From NCBI RefSeq assembly GCF_006345805.1, contig NW_021833876.1, positions 1 through 53,814 of the forward strand: a stretch of DNA of 53,814 bases, written 5' to 3'. Below, piece after piece: positions 12,771 to 25,025 of this stretch. The DNA is from Octopus sinensis. Taxonomy: Eukaryota. A program made the position numbers and the translations under genes. Positions within the stretch are counted from its first letter, which is position 1, and every line of letters begins with the position of its first letter. The notes under the pieces are model-generated. The model worked only from the letters and a program-made list of their open reading frames with translations. It ran no database searches and was not told the DNA's origin.

Positions 12771-15033
12771 GTTTCTTTATTAGCCACACAGGGCTGCACA
12801 GAGACAGGACAGATTACAAAGTAGAGCTTTTCTTTTTGGAGAGAAATATAAACTAGAGGTGGGGTAGGTTTTCGATCAAACGGGATCGTGGAAGGGAAAA
12901 AAAAGAAAAAAATTATCAATAGGGATGTAAAATGTAAAGGGGGAAGCAGATAAGGTTTATCCGTGGAAAGAAAAGCCTACAGAATAGACCACGGTAACCA
13001 TGGTCAATAATGTCACATGTTAACACATTTGTTTGCAAGTAAGTAACCCTCTGTTTAAAATTTTTCCGGGTTCATAGGATTATGCTCAAGGTAGCTTTGT
13101 CATTCATACATGCCATCCTTGCTACATTCACCTATTTTTTTTTAAACATTCGCTAAACAAAACTTGCCTCTCTACTCTCACTTTCCTTTTCAAGTGATAC
13201 TTGAAGAAGTTGATGAGAGATCGACCAGAGATGAAAGTGTTTGTCTCTAATCCTTTCAGATGTGTCCACCAGATACATTCTTTCGCCATAGCCACAAGGA
13301 TGATGAAAATAGCTCTTCCTCCCCATCTGAAGGAAGGAAGCGTGATAATATTGATGATAGACTCGGCTGATAAACCGCCTTGTCCCACATGTGATAGCAG
13401 TCATTCGACATAAGCCCACAGGTTGGAAATGGTTGGACACTGCACGAGTGCATGCAGAACGGTTTCGTCACTCTGACCGCATCTCAGACAGGTCAGCCCC
13501 GTGTTTCTCGAGCTGTGTCTGTAGAGCTTATCCCAAATGGGTAGTGCTTCTCGGTAGCACTCCGAGGCCAGGGATCTCTGGAAGTTGTCCATGGGTCCTG
13601 GCCCGAAAGTTGTCCTGAACAGGCGGGTCAGGTATTCCTCGTCGATGTCCAGGTTCACCCCAAGCTCGTTGTCGTACCTCCCCTCCACTAATCCCCTATA
13701 GAATGCTTTGGTTGTGTTGAAGTTGCTCAAGGTTGACCCGGGACAGCATAGTTGCTTGAGAGCAACGCAACACTTGCGGTGCCATTTGCCCTTTCTCGGC
13801 CTCTTTTTGATCCACGACTGCAGTTTGGTCATGGAGACGTGTTGCGGGAAAGTGTGCCTCACAAACAGCGACCACACCTGTTCACCATCATCTATGTAGA
13901 GCCGGAGATATCACAGTCTCAGCGCATGTCTGCGTATCATCAACCACGGCATGCCCAGTCCTCCTTTTAACGGGTGTTGACAGCAAACAGATCCCCTGAC
14001 CATCGGGAGGCATCCTTTCCACAAGAAGTGGAAGAGAATACGTTCTAGTTTGGTGATGGTAGGGTTGGGACAAGGCATGTCGATCAGGCAGTAGTAGATG
14101 ACAGATGCAATGTACGTGTTCGCCACCTCCACCCAACCTTTTAGGGACAATTTTCTCTTGGCCCATAGCCGGGTGAGAGTGACCACCCTACTCGTTATCT
14201 CATTCCAGATCTTCTCCATTTGAAGGTCTGGACCAAACCAGACCCCAAGCAACTCGACCAGTCCGTCAGTCCAGCGTCTGACGATGGAGGCACTGGTGGA
14301 CGGCATGGGCTTGCTTTTCCAGGTGCCGAGCCACAAACCCACTGACTTTTCCCGTTTGATTTTCGCTCCTATCACCACTTTGTAGTCTTTCAGTGTCATG
14401 CCGACCAACTCGATGTGCTCATGGCTAGACACTATGACAGTGACGCCGTCTGTGTATGCAGACACGCTCGTCCCACATCCCAATTCTTGTGGGATGCCCC
14501 TCAGAGTTGCCAGCTTCTGCAATAAGGGTTCGAGAGTCAATACATAGAGAAGCGACGAGAGGGGGCATCCCTGTTGGACCAAACGTGCAATGTTGAAAGG
14601 TCTCGATAGATGTCCATTTACACGAATTGCCAAACGGATACCTCTGTGCAAAGCGGCTATCCAGCCTCGGAAGATTGGACTGAAACCAGCATCTCTGAGG
14701 ACAACCTCCAAGTATCGATGGTCTACCCTATCGAAAGCTTTCGATTGATCCAAATTGATCAGGGCCCCACCTATGCCGGGTCCCTAAACTACCCTGTATA
14801 TGATGTAACGCATCAGATGGATTTTATCATGGATGCTCCGGCCAGGCATGGCGCACGTTTGTGCCTTGTCGACCAGTTTCTTGATGACAAGCACCAACCT
14901 CTTGGCTAACACCTTGGCCAAAATTTTTAAGTCTGCATTAAGCAGAGTGATGGGCTTAAAGTTATCTATTATGTCCCCCTTCTTTAGATCTTTCTTCAGC
15001 AGTGTTATGGCTCCTGAGTTCACAAAACCAGGG
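12771..15033 (-). pseudogene. Tx1/L1-clade non-LTR retrotransposon, 5'-truncated ORF2 (RT + C-terminal CCHC zinc motif) + 3'UTR
   Basis: One frame with in-frame stops: FKPITLLNADLKILAK, LDQSKAFDRVDH, QGCPLSSLLY, AYTDGVTV (decayed YADD), CLRCGQSDETVLHALVQC; 3' end GTGGCTAATAAAGAAA. Confidence 0.93.
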
Positions 15034-15035
15034 AG

Positions 15036-15076
15036 ATAGACAGACAGACAAACAGACAGATAGATAGCTAGATATG

Positions 15077-15151
<75 letters not shown>

Positions 15152-15170
15152 GTAGATAGATAGATAGACA
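15036..15170. repeat. (GATA)n tract flanking the LINE 5' end (matching tract at ~12720-12770)
   Basis: Directly visible. Confidence 0.95.
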
Positions 15171-15509
15171 TATAAATACATATACATACATACATTCTGG
15201 CATCCATGCATACATACAATCATACATACATGCATGCATACATAAATAGTCATAATAATAATAGTGAAGTTAGTCACAAGAAATGAAGGAATTGTTCCTT
15301 CATTTGCAAGAACAGAAAGTCTCCTGGTTTTCCAAGGAAATGAAATGGAATGAAATAATATAATATGGATGATATAAAGTAACATAATGTAGAATATTTA
15401 AGCTATTACATATAATAACTTTTCAACTTGTACTTGAGAATACTACTAAAACTACTGGTATTCTGAGACACTAAATGTAAAATTTTAAAGTGTTATAATG
15501 TAATTATTC

Positions 15510-15716
15510 TGCTTTATTTTACTTTATTTTATTTTATTTTATTTCATTTCATTTTATTTTATTTTACTTTATTTTATTTTATTTTATTTTACTTTATTTT
15601 ATTTTATTTTATTTTATTTTATTTTATTTTACTTTATTTTATTTTATTTTATTTTATTTTATTTTACTTTATTTTATTTTATTTTATTTTATTTTATTTT
15701 ATTTTATTTTATTTCA
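15510..15716. repeat. (TTTTA)n pentanucleotide repeat with TTTAC/TTTCA variants
   Basis: Directly visible. Confidence 0.95.
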
Positions 15717-15863
15717 TTCAATATCATAAAAAATCTGAAGACTTATTGCACCTGTACATAAATAAACTAAGAAAAATTTCCTTACTTTTTTCTGATTAAT
15801 TTTAATATTATTACCAATATACTATCATATGTACTACCCAAAATGTTTTATTCTTTGATATAT

Positions 15864-16014
15864 AGGTGCAGGCATGGCTGTTTGGTAAGAAGCTTACTTC
15901 CTAACCACATGGTTCCGGTTTCAGTCCCACTGCAAGTGTCTTCTACTAAGAGCATCAGGCTGACTAAAGCCTTGTGAGTGGATTTGGTAGACAGAAACTG
16001 AAAGAAGCCTGTCG

Positions 16015-16075
<61 letters not shown>

Positions 16076-16492
16076 TACATATATATATGTGTATATGTAA
16101 AAAAATACAAACTGGGACAAGAACGCAAACATTTAGAAGACGATGCAAAAAACACGGACGGGACATTCGAAGCCTTCAATCATCAGTCAAGAACCGGATC
16201 ATCCTCGCAATTTTGGCTGATTAATCTTGAGATTACTCCAACCTGGCAAGCACCAAAGGAAAATCGAAGCCAAGCGCATTAGATTCCTTGGAAGAAAGCT
16301 TCGAATGTATACAAAACAAGGACGGGAACGAATAAGAATACAAAAATACGTAAAAATAATAATGATAATAATAACAAAAACAGGACGTTACAGACAAGCG
16401 TCTTTTCGACAGGATGGGTGAACTTGAGCTGGTGCATTAGAAAAATGCCTCGAGGCGAAGATGTTTGTGTGTCTTTGTGTCTGTGTTTGTCC
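15864..16492 (+). mobile_element. SINE A split at its (TA)n by an insert (16099-16460)
   Basis: Head, insert, then resumed TTTGTGTGTC...GTCCC; same insert at 31300-31511. Confidence 0.8.
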
Positions 16493-16792
16493 CAATGCTG
16501 TTCAAGAACAAAATGAAGAGCAGGTTTTCAATCTCAGTATCATCCTGATTCCTGAAAGGCATAACATGTCTATGTAGAGCAAATGTAGACTTGGATACAG
16601 GTGTCCCAGACAGACAGACAGAATTTCACTTTTATTATTATAGACATCTTGTGTGTATAATTAAATGCATGAAGCTACAGCTGAGTTTAGAGCTCCGCAT
16701 AGAGCTTCATCATCCAGTTCACTTCTAGCAAAGTAGTTGGTACTAACATACTTAGTAATATTACTGGATGTGATATACAGAGCAAATTTGGG

Positions 16793-17212
16793 AGAAGGAG
16801 TGGCTGTGTGGTAAGTAGCTTGCTTACCAACCACATGGTTCTGGGTTCAGGCCCACTGCGTGACACCTTGGGCAAGTGTCTTCTACTATAGCCTCAGGCT
16901 GACCAAAGCCTTGTAAGTGGATTTGGTAGATGGAAACTGAAAGAAGCCCGTTGTATATATGTATATATATGTATATGTATGTGTGTGTATATGTTTGTGT
17001 GTCTTTGTTTGTCACCCCCAACATCGCTTGACAACCGATGCTGGTGTGTTTACATACCCGTAACTTTGTAGTTCAGCAAAAGAGACCAATAGAATAAGTA
17101 CTAGGCTTACAAAGAATAAGTCTTGGGGTCGATTTGCTCGACTAAAGGCAGGGCTCCAGCATGGCCACAGTCAAATGACTGAAGCAAGTAAAAGAGTAAA
17201 AAGAGTAAAGAG
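16793..17212 (+). mobile_element. SINE family A
   Basis: Family identity. Confidence 0.9.
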
Positions 17213-17767
17213 AACAAAAACTTATATTATTTGTTCAATGCTTACATTTCTTCATTGTGGTTCTTTGCCAATAAAGAAACAAATGTCAACTGTAACTATA
17301 TTCTACTTTCTGTTGTTCAGCTTTATGACGACTAAATGTCAATGTATGCGTCTTAGATGATGTATCATATAGAAAAAAGAAAAGAAGAGAAGTGTAAGGA
17401 AGTGATGAGTGACACTTGACTTATTGGTGTAGAGAGAGTCACTTGACCACACACTCCAGCCACTGATCCACAAATGTGGAGCCCATATGCTCTATTTTTA
17501 CTTTTTTCTTTTTTTGCTGCTGCTACTACTAAAAGCCACCACCACCACCACCACTACCGCAATCTCCTCTTTATTGTTTAGCTGCAAAAATATCACAAAA
17601 AACTGCTACTCAAAGTTTCTCATTCCTGTTTGTTGGACAGTTTTGATTGAGAATGGAACAAATATTAAGGTTATTTGTATAAATATACAATTTACATTGA
17701 CAGATGTACATTTGAAAATGGTTTTGTTTCATTGGTTGTTTCAACTAACGATTTTTTTAAGAAATGA

Positions 17768-18117
17768 TGGGTGCAGTCCCACTGCGTGGCACCTTGGGCA
17801 AGTGTCTTCTACAATAGCCCCGGGCCGACCAATGCCTTGTGAGTGGATTTGGTAGATGGAAACTGAAAGAAGCCTGTCGTATATATGTGTGTATATATAT
17901 ATGTATGTGTGTGTGTTTGTGTGTCTGTTTTGTCCCTCTAGCATTGCTTGACAACCTATGCTGGTGTGTTTACATACCCGTCACTTAGCGGTTCGGCAAA
18001 AAGAGACCGAGAGAATAAGTACTGGGCTTACAAAGAATAAGTCATGGGGTTGATTTGCTCGACTAAAGGCGGTGCTCCAGCATGGCCGCAGTTAAATGAC
18101 TGAAACAAGTAAAAGAA
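17768..18117 (+). mobile_element. SINE family A, 5'-truncated
   Basis: Family identity. Confidence 0.9.
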
Positions 18118-18489
18118 ATGAAAAAAAAAATATACATAATAAAATTAAAAGACCTAAAAATCATATTGGGTCAAATCAAAGAATACCTCAAATCAAAAAA
18201 ATAACTTTTAGTTGGAAGGAAAAACATATGTACCCAGAGTAGATTAATAAATAGTAAAAAAAAGTTTAATTAAAATAAATGTTTGTTTATAATAAAATAT
18301 AATAATATAATATAATATAATTTTATTATGCATATCACCGCTTCTTAAAAACATTTGTCAGTTGTGGATCATGACTTTTTATTTGTCTTTACATTCTGAG
18401 TTCAAATTCCGCCCTGGTTTATTTCAATATTGTAAAATTGTAAAAACTGGAAATGATAAAATCAGACTAAGTTGGAATTTCATTGATTA

Positions 18490-18533
<44 letters not shown>

Positions 18534-18816
18534 TTAAAATAATTTTATTTTATTTACAAAAGATTGCAGAAACTATGCATAGTCCAGAAAGGAGAGGGTA
18601 AACGTTTTTATTTCTCTTTCCATTTCAGAATTACAACTATTAGTGGTTTGGAGTTTAACTGCTCTTTCTAGTGAGTCAGATGTCCTATTATGGCCATCTC
18701 TTATGTGTTTAAATGTATATTACATAGTCTATTGACTAATTTTACCTTCTCGTTAGACCACTGGTAGTGGAGAATTTTTGTAGAATTTTTTTGCTACCCT
18801 AAAATTTATTAATAAT

Positions 18817-18874
<58 letters not shown>

Positions 18875-18904
18875 GTATATACATTTACATATACATATAC
18901 ACAT

Positions 18905-19095
18905 ACATATATATCAGCATAGGAGATTGTGGAATGTAAAATTCACCCAGTACACTCTGTAAAGTGGTTGGTGTTAGGAAGTCATCCAGCTGTAGAAACC
19001 AAGCCACAACAGTCTTTGAATCATGGTGAGACTGCTGGCCCTGCCAGTTCCTGTCAAGTCATCTAACCCATGCCAGCATGGAAAACAGACATTCA
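18905..19095 (+). mobile_element. Old SINE family C copy
   Basis: GGTTGG.GTTAGGAAG..CATCCAGCTGTAGAAAC and CCATGCCAGCATGGAAA tail. Confidence 0.7.
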
Positions 19096-19419
19096 CTGTT
19101 GATAACAATAAAGATGATGACACATACATACATATATATGTGTGTGTGTGTGAGTGTGTGTGTGTATTTATATATATTACAGCAATATTTTATAACCTGG
19201 ACATAGAGTTAGTCAAGGTTTCAGGCCCACAATGCTTTAGCTTTGTGGGTGCTTTATCTTGGGCAAATCTATGTCCAAGATATAAAACTTTGTTGTGATA
19301 ATTACTGCTCTATATTTTTAGAGATTGTGCTGCTTCTTTCTGATATATGTTTTTTTATTAACTGTATATTCACATATATATATATATACATGCATGTATT
19401 ATTTATATATGTATGTATG

Positions 19420-19460
<41 letters not shown>

Positions 19461-19575
19461 CAAAAACAATTAAGATTCAAATGAATTCCAATGAATTCAA
19501 ATGAATATGGTACTTAATTTAGATGCACCAGAATTCATTTTTGGTATTAACCATAAAATAATGTGGGGTGATTAT

Positions 19576-19772
19576 AACCAAGAACAAAGCAACAAGAATG
19601 GATTAGTAGTTTAGTACAATTGTTTCATACTAAGAACAATTTTATTTAAAGCTGCAAATATTGCAGCAAATACATTTGTATTTGGTGCAATATTAGCAGC
19701 TTTAAATAAAATTTTTCGTAGTATGAAACGATTGTACTAAACTACTAATCCATTCTTGTTGCTTTGTTCTTG

Positions 19773-19775
<3 letters not shown>
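19576..19775. repeat. 200-bp imperfect palindrome
   Basis: AACCAAGAACAAAGCAACAAGAATGG... pairs with ...CCATTCTTGTTGCTTTGTTCTTGGTT; centre at 19675/19676. Confidence 0.9.
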
Positions 19776-19807
<32 letters not shown>

Positions 19808-20095
19808 TACAACCATTTGTACATCATGATAAAGCCACATGGGTTGTGTCTGTGTGTGTGGTTGGGTGTGTACATCATTGTACATTTTCTCTACTTATCT
19901 TCCTACCTGAAGGTCTGTAAAATATGTATTTATTATTTTTGATAGCTTTCCAAGGGCAAATAACCTGCCAATTAGTGTTATTTCATTCAATGATATATTA
20001 TATCATTCTCTCTCCCTCTCTCCCTATCTCTCACTCTCTCTCTCTCTATTGTGTGTATAATATATATACACACACAAATGTATATGTATGCACAT

Positions 20096-20130
<35 letters not shown>

Positions 20131-20819
20131 TGTGTTAAGGTAGGACACCTTGTATGGTAACATCGATCACCATCACCATTTCAACCACCACCACCACCAC
20201 CAACAACAACAACCTCAATAATAACAACTGCTACAACTTTATATTGGCTTTCACTTTCAAATGAAAAACAAAAGTGTATTGTTAATATATTTGAAACCTT
20301 TGAGAAAATGGAAGAATCGGCAATAAAGAAAGGTAGAGGCTATTCGTTCATCTCATCTTAATGGATCTGCTGTTTATACTCGTGGGAATCTATTCAAAGA
20401 TCCAATTAACTATTCAGCAAATGGAAGAAACTACTTGATAGATCAACTTTGACCAGGCTAAAGCAAAAGATGATGGAACTAAAAGAGAATTCAGCTAACT
20501 AAACATTACAAGAACCTAAAGATGTTTATTTCATACATTAAGTAATGTCTACAGATCTTTTACTTATACACACATGTTCACACCCACACACACACACGCA
20601 CACATACATATATATGCATACATACATGTGTGTGTGTGTGTGTGTGTGTGTGCATATGTGTATGTAATTGTGCATATATATATATATATATATATTTGTG
20701 TAGGTATGTGCTTGAATATGTGTGTATATATGTATGTGTAGATGTATATATGTCTATATGTTTATATGTTTATTCATATGTACTGATATATTCTTACACA
20801 TATATCTATATAAATTGTA

Positions 20820-20851
20820 TAAGTATATCTATCTATCTATCTATCTATCTT

Positions 20852-20896
<45 letters not shown>

Positions 20897-20915
20897 ATAT
20901 CTATCTATCTATATC

Positions 20916-20962
<47 letters not shown>

Positions 20963-21006
20963 ATCTATCTATCTATCATCTATCTATCTATCTATATCTA
21001 TCTATC

Positions 21007-21051
<45 letters not shown>

Positions 21052-21180
21052 ATCTATCTATCTATCAATCTATCTATCTATCTATATCTATCTGTCTATC
21101 TATCTATCTATCTATCTATCTATCAATCTATCTATAAATATATATATATATATATATAATATATATATATATATATTTGG
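20820..21180. repeat. (TCTA)n/(TA)n field, duplicated with flanks at 22590-23390
   Basis: Shared flanks ATAAATTGTATAAGTATATC and TTTGGAGAGAGAGATTTTG...TTTGCCT. Confidence 0.85.
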
Positions 21181-21551
21181 AGAGAGAGATTTTGATATTT
21201 CTTTAGGACTAACAGTTTAAAGTTGTATTCACACATCTAATAAATATTTATGTCAGCCATATTAATTATTTTATCATCATTTGCCTAGCTCTGAAGTTTC
21301 AAACACTTTCAAGAATTCTTGAAGGAAATCTTTTATAATTGATTGCCATTCTAAAACAGCATCTATAATCCAACTCAGAAGACGAAGTCAAAAGGAGTTA
21401 AGTGGTTTGCAGCTGAAGACACAATGTATTGCTCCCAACTTTTTTTGTTTTATTTTGATGGGGTTTATTCAGAGGAGAAAGGGTAGTGCCTGAATCTCTT
21501 TCTCAAGACCTTTCACCTCTGACACTAGTGGAGGGAAAGTAGTCAGGGAGT

Positions 21552-21835
21552 ATCATCATCATCATCATCATCATCATCGTTTAACGTCCGCTTTCCATGC
21601 TAGCATGGGTTGGACGGTTCAACTGGGGTCTGGGAAGCCCGAAGGCTGCACCAGGCCAGTCAGATCTGGCAGTGTTTCTACAGCTGGATGCCCTTCCTAA
21701 CGCCAACCATTCCGAGAGTGTAGTGGGTGATTTTATGTGCCACCGACACAGGTGCCAGACGAAGCTGGCGAACGGCCATGCTCGGATGGTGTTTTTTATG
21801 TGCCACCGACACAGGTGCCAGACAAGGCTGGCGAA
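21552..21835 (-). mobile_element. SINE family C
   Basis: Family identity. Confidence 0.85.
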
Positions 21836-22080
21836 CATGATTATGTATTGTTTTATGTATTGTTGTTGTTATTGTTTAGCGCCAGATCAGCCTTTATTAG
21901 GTAGACTTATGATGAAAGGTATTCCAACTACAATCATCCTGACTTCTTAAGGGTATTTATGAAACCCCCACATACAAATGTGGTTGTTTGCTTTTAATTT
22001 TCTGTGAAAGACACATGAAGCTATGAAAAAATATTACCTTGCTTGGAAGCAGGTGAGCATTGGTGACAGAAAGGTAACCA

Positions 22081-22447
22081 ACTTACTAACAATAACTCTG
22101 AGCACCTTTTCAAACTCTACCTGTCTAACACCTGTGGACATGTTTACAAAGTCAGAAAACAGCACAGCTCCCATGACTTTCGGAAACATTTTTTCACGCT
22201 AAGAGTTGCTGATATACCGAACAAACTGCCGGCATCAGTTCTTAGTTGTCGGAGCACTGCATCCTTCAAAACTTCCATGCTTCCTGAGATTCGCCAACAC
22301 TACACCTGATTTTCTCCCCTCCATACACACGCAAGCATGTATCTGACTCATACACTGTTCACTTTCCAGACATTTGTACATTACTGCATGTGCTTTATAT
22401 GCACTTTTGACAAGTTGTGGTGCACCTGAGCTCTGTATACAATAATT

Positions 22448-22487
<40 letters not shown>
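22081..22487 (+). mobile_element. CR1-clade LINE 3' end with (ATT)n tail
   Basis: CGHVYKVRKQHSSHDFRKHFFTLRVAD..NKLPASV...SFK. Confidence 0.75.
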
Positions 22488-22658
22488 GTATTTGGCACTA
22501 GAAAAATCTGCTGCAACTAAATCTGTCTGACCCATAAAAGCATAAAAATTGAATGTTAAAGGATGGTAATCATTTAGCTTTTAACCTTGTTTATAAATTG
22601 TATAAGTATATCGCTCTATCTATCTATCTATCGATTTATCTATCTATCTATCTATTTA

Positions 22659-22693
<35 letters not shown>

Positions 22694-22722
22694 ATCTATC
22701 TATCTATCTATCTATCTATTTA

Positions 22723-22762
<40 letters not shown>

Positions 22763-22763
22763 C

Positions 22764-22829
<66 letters not shown>

Positions 22830-22847
22830 AAATATATATATATATAT

Positions 22848-23270
22848 ATCACGTAAAAAGCTCCATCCGTTTGTGGCCGTTGCCAGTGCTGCCCCGACTG
22901 GCCTCGTGCCGGTGGCACATAAAAAGAACCATCCGTTTGTGGCTGTTGCCAGCCTCGTCTGGCCCTCGTGCTGGTGGCACATAAAAAGCACCATGTGTTC
23001 GTGGCTGTTGCCAACCTCGCCTGGCCCCCGTGCCAGTGGCACATAAAAAGCACCATCCGATCGTGGCCGTTTACCAGACTCGTCTGGCACGTAAAAAGCA
23101 CCCACTACACTCATGGAGTGGTTGGCGTTAGGAAGGGCATCCAGCCGTAGAAACATTGCCAGATCAAACTGGGCCTGATGCAGCCTTCTGGCTTCCCAGA
23201 CCCCAGTTGAACCGTCCAACCCATGCTAGCATGGAAAGTGGACGCTAAACGATGATGATGATGATGATGA
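22848..23270 (+). mobile_element. SINE family C with 4-5 internal ~60-bp repeats, inserted in (TA)n
   Basis: Absent from the paralogous segment near 21160. Confidence 0.85.
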
Positions 23271-23389
23271 TATATATATTTTGGAGAGAGAGATTTTGAT
23301 ATTTCTTTAAGACCAACAGTTTAAAGTTGTATTCACACATCTAATAAATATTTAAGTCAGCCATATTAATTATTTTATCATCATTTGCC

Positions 23390-23820
23390 TATTTCACTTG
23401 TTTCAGTCATTAGACTGTGGCCATGCTGGAGCACCCCCTTGAAGAATTTTTAGTCGAATGAATTGACCCCAATACGTCTTTCTTATCTTTAAGCTTGGTT
23501 TTTCTAATTCTATCAGTCTCATTTACTAAACCACTACATTACAGAGATGTAAACACACCAACACCGGTTGTCAACCAGTGGTGCAGGACAGACACAGGCA
23601 CAAAGACACACAGACACACGTATACATACATTCATGTGTGTATGTGTGTGTGTATATGTATATAGGATGGCTTCTTTCAATTTCCATCTACCAAATCTAC
23701 TCACAGGGCTTTCAGTTGGCCTGAGGCTATAGCAAAAAAACACTTGCCTAAAGTGTCACACAGTGGGATTGAACCCAGAACCATGTGGCTGGGAAGGAAG
23801 CTTCTTACTACACAGCCAAC
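23390..23820 (-). mobile_element. Old SINE family A
   Basis: Diverged family match. Confidence 0.7.
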
Positions 23821-24609
23821 AATGCTAGAGATGATTTGGCTGCAGTTTAGACATTTCAGAGAAAGTGGCCAGCGAAATAAGCACCAGGCTTAGAATAAGT
23901 CCTCAGGGGCAGAGCAGTTTAATCAACTAAAATGTCTTGAAGGCAGTGATCCAGCATGGCCACAGTCCAATGATCAAGACGAGTAAAAAAAGAATCTCAG
24001 CTAATTTTCTTCTCTCCCCATTAGTGCAAATTAACTTTTCTTTATGTCCCCAACTCCCACCACCACTACCACTCCTGCTGCTCCTCCTCCTCCTGCTGCT
24101 CCCGTTTTACAGACGAAGTTTGATATGAATCAGAATCAAAATAAAATTGATAAAGATTTTTATTTGTCCTGTTGCCATGATTGTAAACACTGAACGAGAT
24201 TTTTAGGGTCATAAATTTCAATTTGATCGTCTTAGATGAGAGATAAGGGGACAGCTGGAATGAAGAGAACGTAGATTGGACAGGGATCAGAAGATGGTGA
24301 AGGAGCAGCGTTAGGGACCACCAGCGGACAGAATGAGATGAGCACAGGGATGGTGGTGGTGGCAGTGGTGGTGGTGTTGGCGGCAGTAGCCGTTGTTGCT
24401 GTTGCTTTTGTTGTTGTTGTTGTTATTGTTGTTGTTGATGGTGGTAGTGGTGGTGTTGGTGGTGGTGGTATTAGTGGTTGTCATTGTTGTTGTCATTGGT
24501 ATTGTTGTTGTTGTTGCTCTCAATGTTATCGTTGTTTGCGGTGGCAGTCACAACAGTTTTAGTACTACTTTAGGTTGTTGTTGTTGTTAGTAGTAGTGGT
24601 AGTGGTGGT

Positions 24610-25025
24610 GGTGTGGGCAGCAGTGGAGATGGCAGCGGAGGCAGCGGCAGAGGCGGTGGAGGCAGTGGCAGAGGTGGCGGAGGCAGCGGCAGAGGCGGTG
24701 CTGGAGGCGGTGGAGGCAGTGGCAGAGGTGGTGGAGGCAGCGGCAGAGGTGGCGCTGGAGGCAGTGGAGGCAGTGGCAGAGGTGGCGGAGGCAGCGGCAG
24801 AGGTGGCGGAGGCAGCGGCAGAGGTGGCAGAGGTGGCGGAGGCAGCGGCAGTGGTGGCGGAGGCAGCGGCAGAGGTGGCGGAGGCAGCGGCAGTGGTGGC
24901 GGAGGCAGCGGCAGAGGTGGCAGCGGAGGCGGCAGCGGAGGCAGCAGCAGAGGCGGCGCTGGAGGCAGTGGAGGCAGTGGCAGAGGAGGCAGTGGAGGCA
25001 GCAGCAGTGATGGTGGTGGTGGTGA
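24610..25025. repeat. GC-rich ~21-bp minisatellite (GGCAGCGGCAGAGGTGGCGGA)n
   Basis: Directly visible; stop-free in several frames. Confidence 0.85.

Noticed and set aside
15510-15716. TTTCA interruptions in (TTTTA)n, recalling human repeat-expansion loci
   Set aside because: Ordinary microsatellite variation; no relevance can be inferred.
16590-16644. Helitron-like 5' end TCTATAATAATAAAAG on the minus strand
   Set aside because: No matching 3' hairpin/CTAG found; too short to call.
17580-17670. Ankyrin-like LIENGTNIK
   Set aside because: Short chance match with no other ankyrin consensus residues and a weak donor.
22850-23090. CRISPR-like repeat array
   Set aside because: These are contiguous ~60-bp internal repeats of SINE C without unique spacers, in eukaryotic DNA with no cas genes.
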